Positions 39,556 through 49,144 are shown, counted from the first letter of the stretch. The stretch: 64,000 nt of DNA from a bacterium (GCA_030432695.1 JAUILN010000016.1:113178-177177), one strand, 5' to 3'. Notes: generated from the sequence alone by a model not told the origin. A program made the numbers and translations.

Positions 39556-41757
39556 ATGCTCAGATCTTCTCTCCTCGTCGCGGGCCTGGCGCTGAGTGCG
39601 CTCGGTGCGCAGTCACCCGACGTTTCTGCCGAGGAGTTCGGCAGCACCGCGATCGGCTCCGGCTACGGGCTGTGGCGAGAGGCCGGAACCCTGTGTGGCG
39701 GGGGTCCGAGCTACCGCGCCGAGTTCCGGGGCGACGGGATGTCGTTCATCCCGGCGTTGCCCGACGCACCGCGGACCTTCTCGCTACGCCTGACGCTCGA
39801 GGACCTCCGACGCGGCGCCGTGGCCGTGCAGTTGCTGGATGCCGGGCCGACCCGACACGACAGCAGCGTGGTCTACGCACGCGGACCCGGCGTGACCGAG
39901 CGGTACGACCTCGGCGCGGATGGGGTCGAGCAGAGCTTCGTCCTCGAATCCCCGCCGCTCGGGCAGGGAGACCTCGTCGTGCGTCTGCGCGTGCACACCG
40001 AGCTGAGGCCGGAGCGTCTTGGCGACGTTTCCGCCGGCATGCGATGGCTGTCCCCGGACTGGGGTGGCGTCGAGATCGGTCGCGCCATAGCACACGACGC
40101 GAACGGCCGAAGTTTCGCGATGGCGATGCGCTGCGACGGCAGCCACCTCGAGCTGACGCTGCCGGCGGCCAGCGCCGACGCCGCGCGCTACCCGCTGCTA
40201 CTCGATCCGCCGATCGGCACCTCGGGGTCGCTGTCGGGAGCCAGCGGCGACATCAACCCGGACATCGCCTACGACGCGCGGACGAATAGCTACCTCGCAG
40301 TCTGGAATCGACGCCTGTCGCTGACACGGTCCGAAGTCCGCGCTCAGCTGCTCGCCGCGGACGGCAGACTGCTCGGCTCGCTGATCCCCGTCGAGACGGG
40401 AGCCGTCGTCGCGAGGAACCCGGTGGTCGCAAACGTCGCCGCCAGCGACCGCTTCATGGTGGTCTGGCAGCAGGCGGCGGGCCCGTTCGGGCCGTGGAAC
40501 GTGTACGGCCGTGCGGTCGAAACGAGCGGAGCGCAAAGCGCGCGGATCCAGATCACCGGCGCAGCATCGAGCGACATCGATCCGGATCTCGGCGGCAGCT
40601 CGAACCCGGCCAGCAGGACCATCCCGCTGGTTTGGCATCGGGTCGGCGAAGGCATTCGTGGCGTGCACATCCTCGTGCCATCGATCGGCAACCCGCAGCA
40701 AGGCCCCAGCGCGGTCGTGATCGGAAACGGCGATGTCCATCGCCCGCGGATCAGCCAGAGCGGCGGCTCTCCCGGCGTCTATGCGGTCGCGTGGGAGAAC
40801 GCCCCCACATCGGGCGCGACTCGCGTAGAGGTCGCGATGGTCACCAACGCCGCCGCTCGACTCGCAGGACCGACGATCGTCTCCAATACCGGCTTCACGT
40901 CCGAGCGCCCCGCCGTGGACGGGGACGGCACGGACTTCATGATCGTCTACGAGCGGACCGTGTCGTCGAGCGATCGCGACGTGTACTGCCGGATGCTGCG
41001 CTACGACGGCAGGTCCCTGACGGTCCGGACCTCCGCACGCCGCATCGGCGCATCGCTCGGCGATCAGATGACCCCCGACGTGGGTTGGCTCGGGCCGAAG
41101 TATCTGGTCGCCTGGGCGGACAACGCCAACCGCGGCGGCTTCCTCGACCACGACCTGCACCTGCTGTCGTTGTCGCCGGACTGCGAGGTCTGCGGCCAGG
41201 AGTATGTCGTGCGGCGGCTGAGCACCGCCTACGACCACGACCCGGCGATCGCGACGCAGCGGAGCACGGGCAGCTCGGGTACCGAAGCCATGGTCACATT
41301 CTCGGCCATCGACAGCGGTCTCGTGCGGACTTCGGTGCGCACCCAGCGCTTCGACGCGTTCGGTACTGGCGGCAGCTCCAGCGCGGTGGGGTCAGGGTGC
41401 GGCAACGGTGGCACCATGCACTTCGACGGACCGCTGGCATTCGGCAACGTGGACCTGCGCGTCGAGCTGCGCGGGGCCGATCTCGGCGCCACCGCGGCGG
41501 CCCTGTTCCTCGGCCTCGGTGGTCGCTCCTTTCCCTGCGGCAGCTGCGTGATTGTCGATCCCGCGATCGCGTTGCCAGTGGCCGTCAACAACGGTACCGC
41601 GAACAGCCCGCTGCCGCTGTCGTGCTCGCTGCTCCGGTCCGGTCCCGGCATCTCGGCGGACCTGCAATGGCTGACTCTCGGCGGCACGGGCAGCGACTGT
41701 CCCATCGCGGCCTCGCTCGCGACCTCGAATCGCATCCGCATCATGCCCGGCTTCTAA
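39556..41757 (+). CDS. Large secreted protein, paralogue 3 of 3
   Basis: Signal peptide ...ALGA-Q; starts 8 nt after paralogue 2; same architecture. Confidence 0.87.
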   Translation: MLRSSLLVAGLALSALGAQSPDVSAEEFGSTAIGSGYGLWREAGTLCGGGPSYRAEFRGDGMSFIPALPDAPRTFSLRLTLEDLRRGAVAVQLLDAGPTRHDSSVVYARGPGVTERYDLGADGVEQSFVLESPPLGQGDLVVRLRVHTELRPERLGDVSAGMRWLSPDWGGVEIGRAIAHDANGRSFAMAMRCDGSHLELTLPAASADAARYPLLLDPPIGTSGSLSGASGDINPDIAYDARTNSYLAVWNRRLSLTRSEVRAQLLAADGRLLGSLIPVETGAVVARNPVVANVAASDRFMVVWQQAAGPFGPWNVYGRAVETSGAQSARIQITGAASSDIDPDLGGSSNPASRTIPLVWHRVGEGIRGVHILVPSIGNPQQGPSAVVIGNGDVHRPRISQSGGSPGVYAVAWENAPTSGATRVEVAMVTNAAARLAGPTIVSNTGFTSERPAVDGDGTDFMIVYERTVSSSDRDVYCRMLRYDGRSLTVRTSARRIGASLGDQMTPDVGWLGPKYLVAWADNANRGGFLDHDLHLLSLSPDCEVCGQEYVVRRLSTAYDHDPAIATQRSTGSSGTEAMVTFSAIDSGLVRTSVRTQRFDAFGTGGSSSAVGSGCGNGGTMHFDGPLAFGNVDLRVELRGADLGATAAALFLGLGGRSFPCGSCVIVDPAIALPVAVNNGTANSPLPLSCSLLRSGPGISADLQWLTLGGTGSDCPIAASLATSNRIRIMPGF

Positions 41758-41959
41758 TGGCGTCGATCACGCCAGTGCAGGAGTCGCGAGATTCGTCAGA
41801 GCCCGGCCCGGGAGGTACGACTTGACACTCGGAATCCGTTCGAAGCAGTTCGTAGCCATCCTCTTCCCGGCACCAAGCCTCGACTCCGCGCACGACCGCA
41901 CCGGGCTTCTGCCTCGGCTGCTGACATCGAGTCGTTGCTCTGGTCGAGGCCGGAAATAC

Positions 41960-42835
41960 GTGCCAAGAACCTGGTCAGCCGCGACCGACGGTCGAGTTCG
42001 TCTGCTCCTCACGCTCCCGCTCACTCTGCTCGCATGCAGCGCGCCACCTACGCCTGCGCCGATCGATGCGGCGACGGTCTACGAGGAGTACTACGTCCCC
42101 GCGCTGTTCGGCTCGTGGGCCGTGCGGGTCGCCGACGCCGCGGGCATCGCTCCGGACGACGCGGTGCTCGACGTCGCGTGCGGAACCGGGGTGGTGGCGC
42201 GAGAAGCCGCTCGACGAGTCGGGCCCGGCGGCACCGTGACTGGCCTCGACATCGACCCGTCGATGCTGGCGGTCGCGCGGGGCATCGACCCCGCGATCCG
42301 CTGGGAGCTCGGTGATGCCCAGGCGCTGCCGTTCCCTGACGCCTCGTTCGACGTCGTCACCTGCCAGTTCGGTCTGATGTTCTTCCCCGACCGGATCCTG
42401 TCGATCCGCGAGATGCTCCGGGTCGTCCGGCCTGGCGGTCGCATCGTCGTCGCCGTGTGGAGCCCGCTGGACACCAGTCCGGGCTATGCGACTCTGGTCC
42501 GGCTGCTCGCCCGGCACCTGGGCGAGGACAGTGCGGAGAGTCTGCGCGCGCCGTTCGACCTGGGCGACGCCGACGAACTCACGCAGCTGTTCGCGCGCGC
42601 TGGCGCGCCGTCCGCGGCGATCTCGACGCGGGCCGGGAGCGCACGTTTTCCGTCGATCCGCTCGTGGGTCGAGACCGAAGTCCGTGGCTGGGTCGGGCTC
42701 AGCCAGGAGTTCGACGAAGCCCGGCTCGAAGCCCTGGTCGGGGCCGCCGAACAGGAGCTGGCGAGCTGGGTGACCGCGAGTGGCGACGTGCAGATCCCGA
42801 TCGAGGCGCACCTGGTCGCCGTCACCAAGCGGTAG
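41960..42835 (+). CDS. Class I SAM-dependent methyltransferase (UbiE-like), possibly with a lipoprotein-like leader
   Basis: VLDVACGTG, GDAQALPFPDASFDVVTCQFGLMFF, VRPGG. Start codon uncertain. Confidence 0.88.
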   Translation: MPRTWSAATDGRVRLLLTLPLTLLACSAPPTPAPIDAATVYEEYYVPALFGSWAVRVADAAGIAPDDAVLDVACGTGVVAREAARRVGPGGTVTGLDIDPSMLAVARGIDPAIRWELGDAQALPFPDASFDVVTCQFGLMFFPDRILSIREMLRVVRPGGRIVVAVWSPLDTSPGYATLVRLLARHLGEDSAESLRAPFDLGDADELTQLFARAGAPSAAISTRAGSARFPSIRSWVETEVRGWVGLSQEFDEARLEALVGAAEQELASWVTASGDVQIPIEAHLVAVTKR

Positions 42836-43001
42836 ATCCGAGCGACGATTCTGGGCACCGTTCGCCGGCCGCTCCTCTCTCGCCCGGCCGAGAGCCCGCC
42901 CAAGCCGATCTGCTCCGTCGAGAGCTCGAGGCCGGTGAGATACTCGCGCAGCACGGGATCGAATTCGAACGTGCGGCCTTCGGTATGCACTTCGACGAGT
43001 A

Positions 43002-44920
43002 GCGCGTAGGAAAAACAAAGGGGGACTCTGGAGCCCAGCCCCGGCAAGCAGCCCCTCCCGATCACCCACCACCGCGTCGTTCGGCCCCGCCTGCCGGCTC
43101 CATCGCGAACTTCTGCCCGACCCTCAACACCCCGCACCCCGCGCCGACAGACCGGTAGCCCGCAGCGACCCCTCACCGGCCCCGCTCAGTGCGCTCTGAT
43201 CACTCCGCCCACAGGCCCGGAGCCTCCGGCGGCGGACGCGCCGCTGACAGCGGCGGCAGCTCGGCCGGCAGCCCCAGGTGCGACAGCACTCGCGTGATCG
43301 TCCGCGGATCGGTGATAAAGGTCAGCAGGCGACGGCGGGTCTCGCACGCGCCCGCCCGTGCATGCTCGGGCGGGTCCCCGCTGTGGACAGATCAAGACGT
43401 CCACCCCAAAGCTCCTCCGCATCAGCTCCGCCCACGTCCAGCGGCGTCGCAAGTGCGGCTTCGTCTCCCGCTTCTCGCCCACCGCCCGGCAGGACCGCCT
43501 TTGCCTCGACCGGAACGCCGGCCGCTCACCATCGTCCGCGGACGGCACCGGCACCACCCGCTCGCGGTGCGACGCCGCGGGCGCGAACGCTCCGTGATAC
43601 GTCACCAGATTGCGATGCGGCCACGGCACCAACGCTGCCAGCCGCTCGATCAGGACCAGCGGCTCGAAGACCACCAGCTTCGTGCCATCCTTCCACGGCC
43701 GCTTGAACCGATACACCACCTTCCCGTCACGCGTCCATGTCAGCCGCGACTCGTCCAGCGCGGGCCGCAGCACATACCGACACAGCCGCTCCAACGCGTC
43801 CTCCCGGCCTTCCGCCACACGCGTCGCGGCGTGCAGTGAGAACCCGCGGTAGCGCGCCTGCAGCGTAGGACGCCCGAACTTGCCGGAGTCTCGGCGATCT
43901 TCCTGGGCGAGACGCGCCGCCTCATCCCCCACCCGGCGCACCGCGCAGCCGGCGCACTCGCCGAAGGCTATCCCGCCCTGCACAGCCGCCTGCTGGCAGG
44001 CATCCAACGCCGTCGGCTCGTGGTCCAGCAGCGGTCCCTGGCCCCACTCCACTGTCAGGCCACGCTCACGCAGCAGCGCCAGGGTGCGGCGGAAGATCCG
44101 GGTCGCCGCCCGCGCCAGGTCCGCGTCGCTCGGCGGTGGCAGCGGATGGAACACGGCGCGGCGGGCGCCGGACGGCACCGTGAACACACCATCCACGAAC
44201 AGTGCGTGGAAGTGCGGGTTCAGCCGCAGCGCCGAGTCGAAGCGCTGCACCGACACCACTGCGGCTGGTCGCGCGTCCTCGATGCAGTGCCTGCGCGCCT
44301 GGCGGCGCCGCAGGGCAAAGCACGAGCGCACGAAGATCCGGCGCAGTTCGCAGAGGAGGTCCGGATCGCGGGCAACAGGGAAGCGCAACTCGAAGGGCAG
44401 GCTCAGGACGAACTGGCGCACGGGCACGTCCGGGAACACCCGGTCCACCAGCCAGGCGGCGGTGTCGGCCATGCGCCGGCCGCCGCAGGAGGGGCAGAAG
44501 CCGCGGCGCTTGCACGAGAGGGCGACCAGCTCGTCGCGCCTGCAGCCGGGGCAGTAGACCCTCGCGAACCCTGCCGCGAGCTGACCGCAACGCAGGTAGT
44601 CCTCGAGCTCCCGGCGCACGAAGCCGGGCACCTGCGGCGGAGAAGGATCGCCACAGTCATCCAGGCGCCCGAAGAAGGTGGCCAGGTGACGCTGGAGCAC
44701 CTGATACAGAACTCCCCCCTCCGGTCGCCGGCGCTTGCGATGGGGACTCCAGGACGTTGTCACGCCCTGCTGTGCCCCGCGGTGAGCTGGCGGTCACGGG
44801 CGGCGTCGCTTTCCCGATCGAATCACCAGGTCGCGGGGACAGTGCCGCGACGGTCCCTGCCGGCCCAACCGAGAACCCCTGGCCGGTCAGTGATCGACCG
44901 CGCGAGTGAGAAACCCCGGA
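43002..44920 (-). mobile_element. Near-complete ISCR/IS91-like rolling-circle element (copy 5)
   Basis: oriIS-like terminus at 43002, transposase, and an upstream boundary near 44920 where homology to repeat copy B starts. No terminal inverted repeats or target duplication. Confidence 0.88.
43200..44763 (-). pseudogene. ISCR-type HUH transposase (single catalytic Tyr), frameshifted near the C-terminus by a 34-nt insertion
   Basis: Zn-binding CG...CPGC...SCKRRGFCPSC, HUH NPHFH, LCRYVLRP. Removing 43347-43380 restores CPQCETRRRLL...GLWAE* as in copy 3. Confidence 0.9.
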
Positions 44921-45220
44921 CTCGAGCGCCGCGAGCGAGCGAGCGAGGTTGGGAATCGACGTGCGCACGGCCGACGAAGACGGCCTGCTCGTCATCGACC
45001 TCGACGACTGACCGCACTCACCCGTCCCGCCGCGGCGCGCTCCGCCCGCTCGCCTTGCTCGCCTCCAACAGCGCCTTCAGCTCCGCGACCACCTCCGGCC
45101 GCTCCGACCACAGGTTCGTCGTCTCCCCCGGATCGACCTCCAGGTCGTAGAGCTGCCCCGGCGCGTCCGGATCGGTCTCGGGCAACGCATAGGGCAACAG
45201 CCGCCCGCGGTCATAGCGAT
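44921..45220. repeat. Copy C (putative source) of the LLVIDLDD*/sulfatase-tail junction
   Basis: GACGTGCGCACGGCCGACGAAGACGGCCTGCTCGTCATCGACCTCGACGACTGA followed by the intact sulfatase 3' end. Confidence 0.88.
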
Positions 45221-46571
45221 TGCCCCCCGACCCCTGGTGGTCGAGCAGCTTCCACCGCCCGCGCCGGATCGACAAGTCGAGCGAGATCGTCTGCTGCAGC
45301 AGGTAGGGCCGCACCGGTGCGTCGCGCTGCGCACCGAGCCAGACCTCCGACATGTCGAACGAGTCCTCGGCCGCAGTGTCCGGCACCGCCTGGCCGGTGA
45401 GCGCCGCCAGCGTCGCGTAGACGTCGGTCAGGCTGGTGAGCTCGCCGCAGTCCCGCCCTGCCGGCACGTGCCCCGGCCAGCGCACCAGCATCGGCGTGCG
45501 GGGGCCGCCCTCCCAGGCGTCGCGCTTCATGCCGCGCCAGGGCCGCGCGCCGTCGTGGTCGTGGTCGCGGCGCATCGCGAGCACCGTCGGGACCTCGGGC
45601 CCGTTGTCGGAGCAGAAGATCACCAAGGTGTCGTCGGCCACGCCGAGTTCGTCGAGGGTGCCGAGCAGCTCGCCCACCACCCAGTCCATCTCGCGGAGGA
45701 AGTCGCCGTGCGGGCCGGCGTCGGTCGCACCCTGGAAGCCGCGTGCCGCGAGCGACGGCAGATGGACCGCCTGCATCGAGTGGAACAGGAAGAACGGCTG
45801 GTCGGGATGCTCGGCGACGTGCCGCTTCAGGAACGCCCGGCTGCGATCGAGAAACTCCAGGTCCACCGTCTCCAGGTCGTAGTCGGGAGCGATCAACCCC
45901 GGCCGGCAGTCGTTCGAGTAGGGATGCTGCGGGATCGGCACCCGGTCGCCGCGCCGCTCCTCCAGCGAGGGCGGCACCGGCACGCGGTTGTCGACGATCC
46001 AGGCGTAGAGCCAGTCGGTGGTCGGACAGCAGGCAGTGCCGAAGAACGAGTCGAAGCCGCGGTGCACCGGCGCGTCGGCGATCGGCTTGGAGAAGTCCAC
46101 CCGGCGGATGCCCTCGATACCCGAGTCGGCGACCCGCTCCCCGGCGGCGTCGCGGAAGCTCAGCCCGACGTGCCACTTGCCGACCATCGCGGTGCGGTAG
46201 CCGGCGCCACGCAGCAGGCTGCCGAGCGTCGGCCGCTCGGCCTCGATCAGGTTCGGGCCACCGATGCCGACGAACACGCTGCGGAAGCCGGTTCGGAACG
46301 CCATCCGCCCGGTGAGCAGCGAGTAGCGGGTCGGCGTGCAGACCGTGCTCGGCGAGTGCGCGTCGGTGAAACGCAGGCCCTGGGTGGCGAGCCGGTCGAG
46401 GTGCGGCGTCTCGACCTTCGCCTCGGCGTTGTAGCAGGAGAGATCGCCGTAGCCGAGGTCGTCGGCGAGGATCAGCAGCACGTGCGGGCGGGCGGTAGAC
46501 TGCGCAGCCAGCGCCCCGCCGACTGCCAGCGCAGCCGCCAAGATGGCAGCAGCAGGACGAGAGGATCGCAT
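45018..46571 (-). CDS. Secreted arylsulfatase (formylglycine-dependent)
   Basis: ILADDLGYGD, CTPTRYSLLTGR (CxPxR), GKWHVG, SDNG, WEGGPR; signal peptide. Confidence 0.95.
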   Translation of the reverse strand: MRSSRPAAAILAAALAVGGALAAQSTARPHVLLILADDLGYGDLSCYNAEAKVETPHLDRLATQGLRFTDAHSPSTVCTPTRYSLLTGRMAFRTGFRSVFVGIGGPNLIEAERPTLGSLLRGAGYRTAMVGKWHVGLSFRDAAGERVADSGIEGIRRVDFSKPIADAPVHRGFDSFFGTACCPTTDWLYAWIVDNRVPVPPSLEERRGDRVPIPQHPYSNDCRPGLIAPDYDLETVDLEFLDRSRAFLKRHVAEHPDQPFFLFHSMQAVHLPSLAARGFQGATDAGPHGDFLREMDWVVGELLGTLDELGVADDTLVIFCSDNGPEVPTVLAMRRDHDHDGARPWRGMKRDAWEGGPRTPMLVRWPGHVPAGRDCGELTSLTDVYATLAALTGQAVPDTAAEDSFDMSEVWLGAQRDAPVRPYLLQQTISLDLSIRRGRWKLLDHQGSGGNRYDRGRLLPYALPETDPDAPGQLYDLEVDPGETTNLWSERPEVVAELKALLEASKASGRSAPRRDG

Positions 46572-46655
46572 GCCGGCCAGTGTGCAGGATCCGCGCGGCG
46601 CGCGCAGCGCGTAGACTTCCAGCTTCGCATCTCCACACCGCATCGGAGTCCAAGC

Positions 46656-47936
46656 ATGCTCAGCACCACCTGCGCCGCGCTGCTCGCGCTGGCCGCCCCA
46701 CAGGATCCGGCTCCCGCGCCCGCACCGGACGCGCAGTTCGCCGCTCCCATCCGCCTCACTGCGAACGGCGCCCCGCTCGCCGACCGGATCATCTACCCCT
46801 CGCCGCGCCTCCTCGACATCGATCTCGACGGCACGCTCGAGCTGGTGGTCGGCGACCTGCCCGGCCGCGTCCACGTCGCCGAGCGGGATGGCGAGGGCGG
46901 CTTCGCCTGGACCGCGCTGAAGAACTTCGCGACCGAGGGTCGGCCGCTGAAGTTCCACAACTGGTGATGCATCGGCATGGGTTCACAGTTGGTGGACCAC
47001 GACGGTGACGGCCGGCTCGACTTCTTCACGGCCACCTACGACGGCTCGCCCCACATCGCCTATGGCGTGGAGGGAGGCTTCGCGGAGCCCCAGCACCTGC
47101 TCGACAAGAAGGGGCAGCGCATCCGGTTGGAGATGTACTGGGACACTCCCAACAGCCAGTGGGTCAACGTGGGCGGCGACAACCGCCACTGCATCTCCGC
47201 CGTGCTGTTCGACTGGGACGGCGACGGCGACCACGACCTGCTGATGGGCGACAAGAACCACGGCAACCTGTTCCTGCAACTCAACGAGGGCCAGCCGGGC
47301 AAGGACGCGTTCACCGGCGAGAGCGAGGAGGTGCTCGCCGGCGGCGCATCGTTCGCGCTCGAACGCGGGATGACCGCGCCGCGGCTGGTCGACTGGGACG
47401 GTGACGGTCTGGTCGATCTGGTGGCGGGCAGCTTCGGCCAACCCTACGAGGCCACGCCCCCTGGCGGCGTCTACCTGTACCGCAACGTCGGCGCAGCCGG
47501 CGCACCGCGCTTCGCCGCCGCGACCACGTTGATCGCGCCGACCGAGATCGCGGCTCCCGAGGCGGACCGCCCCAACGTCGGCCTGTACGCCGACCCGGTC
47601 GACTACGACGGCGACGGCGACCTCGACCTGTTGGTCGGCGGTTACGCGATCGTCCCCGCGGTGCCGCGCGTGCTCACCGCCGAGGAACGGACCGAACTCC
47701 GCGAGCTGCAGGAGCGGCTCACCGTGGTCTCGCGCGAGATGTCGGCGGTGCTCACCAAGGCCCAGGAGGGCGAGTTCGACAGCGACGAAGCGCGCCGCGC
47801 CGCCCTGCAGGCAGCGGCCCAGGGTGAGGCCTACCAGACCAAGAGCAAGCAGAGCCTGGAGATCCGCAAGCGGATCCTCGAGCTCGAGCCGAAGCCCAAG
47901 CGAGAAGCCGGGATCTGGGTGTACCTCCAGGAGTGA
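46656..47936 (+). CDS. Secreted FG-GAP/VCBS-repeat protein, candidate selenoprotein (UGA at codon 104)
   Basis: GGAG RBS, signal peptide, DxDxDG repeats on both sides of a single in-frame TGA (46965-46967), SECIS-like hairpin downstream. Confidence 0.8.
46980..46998 (+). promoter_or_regulatory. Putative bacterial SECIS element
   Basis: Stem GGTTCAC/GTGGACC (one G-U pair), 5-nt loop AGTTG with G at position 2, 19 nt between the UGA and the loop. Confidence 0.65.
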
Positions 47937-48013
47937 GTCGGCTCGCGGGCGGGGGAAAGGACCACCGCCCGCGGGAGTTGCCCTCCCTTCCGACCCACCG
48001 GCACCGAGCGCCC

Positions 48014-49144
48014 ATGACCTCACCCACCCAGACCCACGACGCCGTCCGCGACTACTACGGCCGGGAACTCGCCGGCACCAAAGACCTGAAGACCGACGCC
48101 TGCTGCACGGTCGACTCGGTGCCCGCCCACCTGAGGCCCATCCTGGCGCGGATCCATCCCGAGGTCAGCGGCCGCTACTACGGCTGCGGGCTGGTGGCGC
48201 CCGAGCTGCTGGACGGCTGCGCGGTCCTCGACCTCGGCTGCGGCACCGGCCAGGACTGCTTCGTGCTGTCGGCGCTGGTCGGTGAACAGGGCTCGGTGAC
48301 CGGCGTCGACATGACGCCCGCGCAGCTCGAGTTCGCGCGCCGCTGGGTCGACCACCACCGCGAGGCGCACGGCCACGCGCGGAGCAACGTGCGCTTCCTC
48401 GACGGCTACATCGAGAAGCTCGACGAGCTCGACCTCGCCGACGGCTCGTTCGACGTGGTGGTCAGCAACTGCGTGATCAACCTGTCGCCCGACAAGCCCG
48501 CGGTGCTGCGCGAGGCCTTCCGCCTGCTGAAGCCCGGCGGCGAGCTGTACTTCTCCGACGTCTACGCCGACCGACGCGTGCCGTACGACCTCACCCAGGA
48601 CCGGGAGCTGTACGGCGAGTGCCTGAGCGGCGCGCTCTACTGGAACGACTTCCTGTCACTGGCTCGCGAAGCCGGCTTCGCCGAACCGCGGTTGGTGACC
48701 GACCGCGTGCTCGGCATCGACAACCCGCGGGTGAAGGCCCGGCTCGGCGCGCTGCAGTTCTTCTCGGCGACCTACCGGCTGTTCAAGCACCCCGAGATGG
48801 AGACCTCCGCCGAGGACTACGGCCAGGCGGTGGTCTACCGCGGCACGATCCCGCACGCCGAGCAGCGCTTCGCGCTGGATGCGAAGCACGTGTTCGAGGC
48901 CGGGCGGGCGAGCAAGGTCTCGGGCAACACCTGGCGGATCCTGCAGGACTCGCGCTTCGCACCGCACTTCGAGTTCGTCGGCAGCTTCGCGCGCCACTTC
49001 GGACCGTTCGGCGGCTGCGGGGCGAAGCCGCCGTTCGCGAGCTGGACCGCATCGCCGGCGACCCACCTGGGCGCCGAGGCCGGCGCGAACCAGGCCCCCG
49101 CCGCGGCTCCCGCCCCAGCGAAGGCCGGCGGCTGCTGCTCGTGA
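48014..49144 (+). CDS. arsM: Arsenite methyltransferase-like (ArsM/AS3MT) SAM methyltransferase
   Basis: DYYG..L....DLKTDACC, YYGCG, VLDLGCGTG.D, SNCVINL, GECLSGALYW, C-terminal GGCC. Confidence 0.8.
   Translation: MTSPTQTHDAVRDYYGRELAGTKDLKTDACCTVDSVPAHLRPILARIHPEVSGRYYGCGLVAPELLDGCAVLDLGCGTGQDCFVLSALVGEQGSVTGVDMTPAQLEFARRWVDHHREAHGHARSNVRFLDGYIEKLDELDLADGSFDVVVSNCVINLSPDKPAVLREAFRLLKPGGELYFSDVYADRRVPYDLTQDRELYGECLSGALYWNDFLSLAREAGFAEPRLVTDRVLGIDNPRVKARLGALQFFSATYRLFKHPEMETSAEDYGQAVVYRGTIPHAEQRFALDAKHVFEAGRASKVSGNTWRILQDSRFAPHFEFVGSFARHFGPFGGCGAKPPFASWTASPATHLGAEAGANQAPAAAPAPAKAGGCCS

Noticed and set aside
5188-43200. Dispersed ~200-nt repeats as ncRNA, CRISPR or attC sites
   Set aside because: They are contiguous with the transposase 3' end, irregularly spaced, and have no cas or integrase gene or attC box structure.
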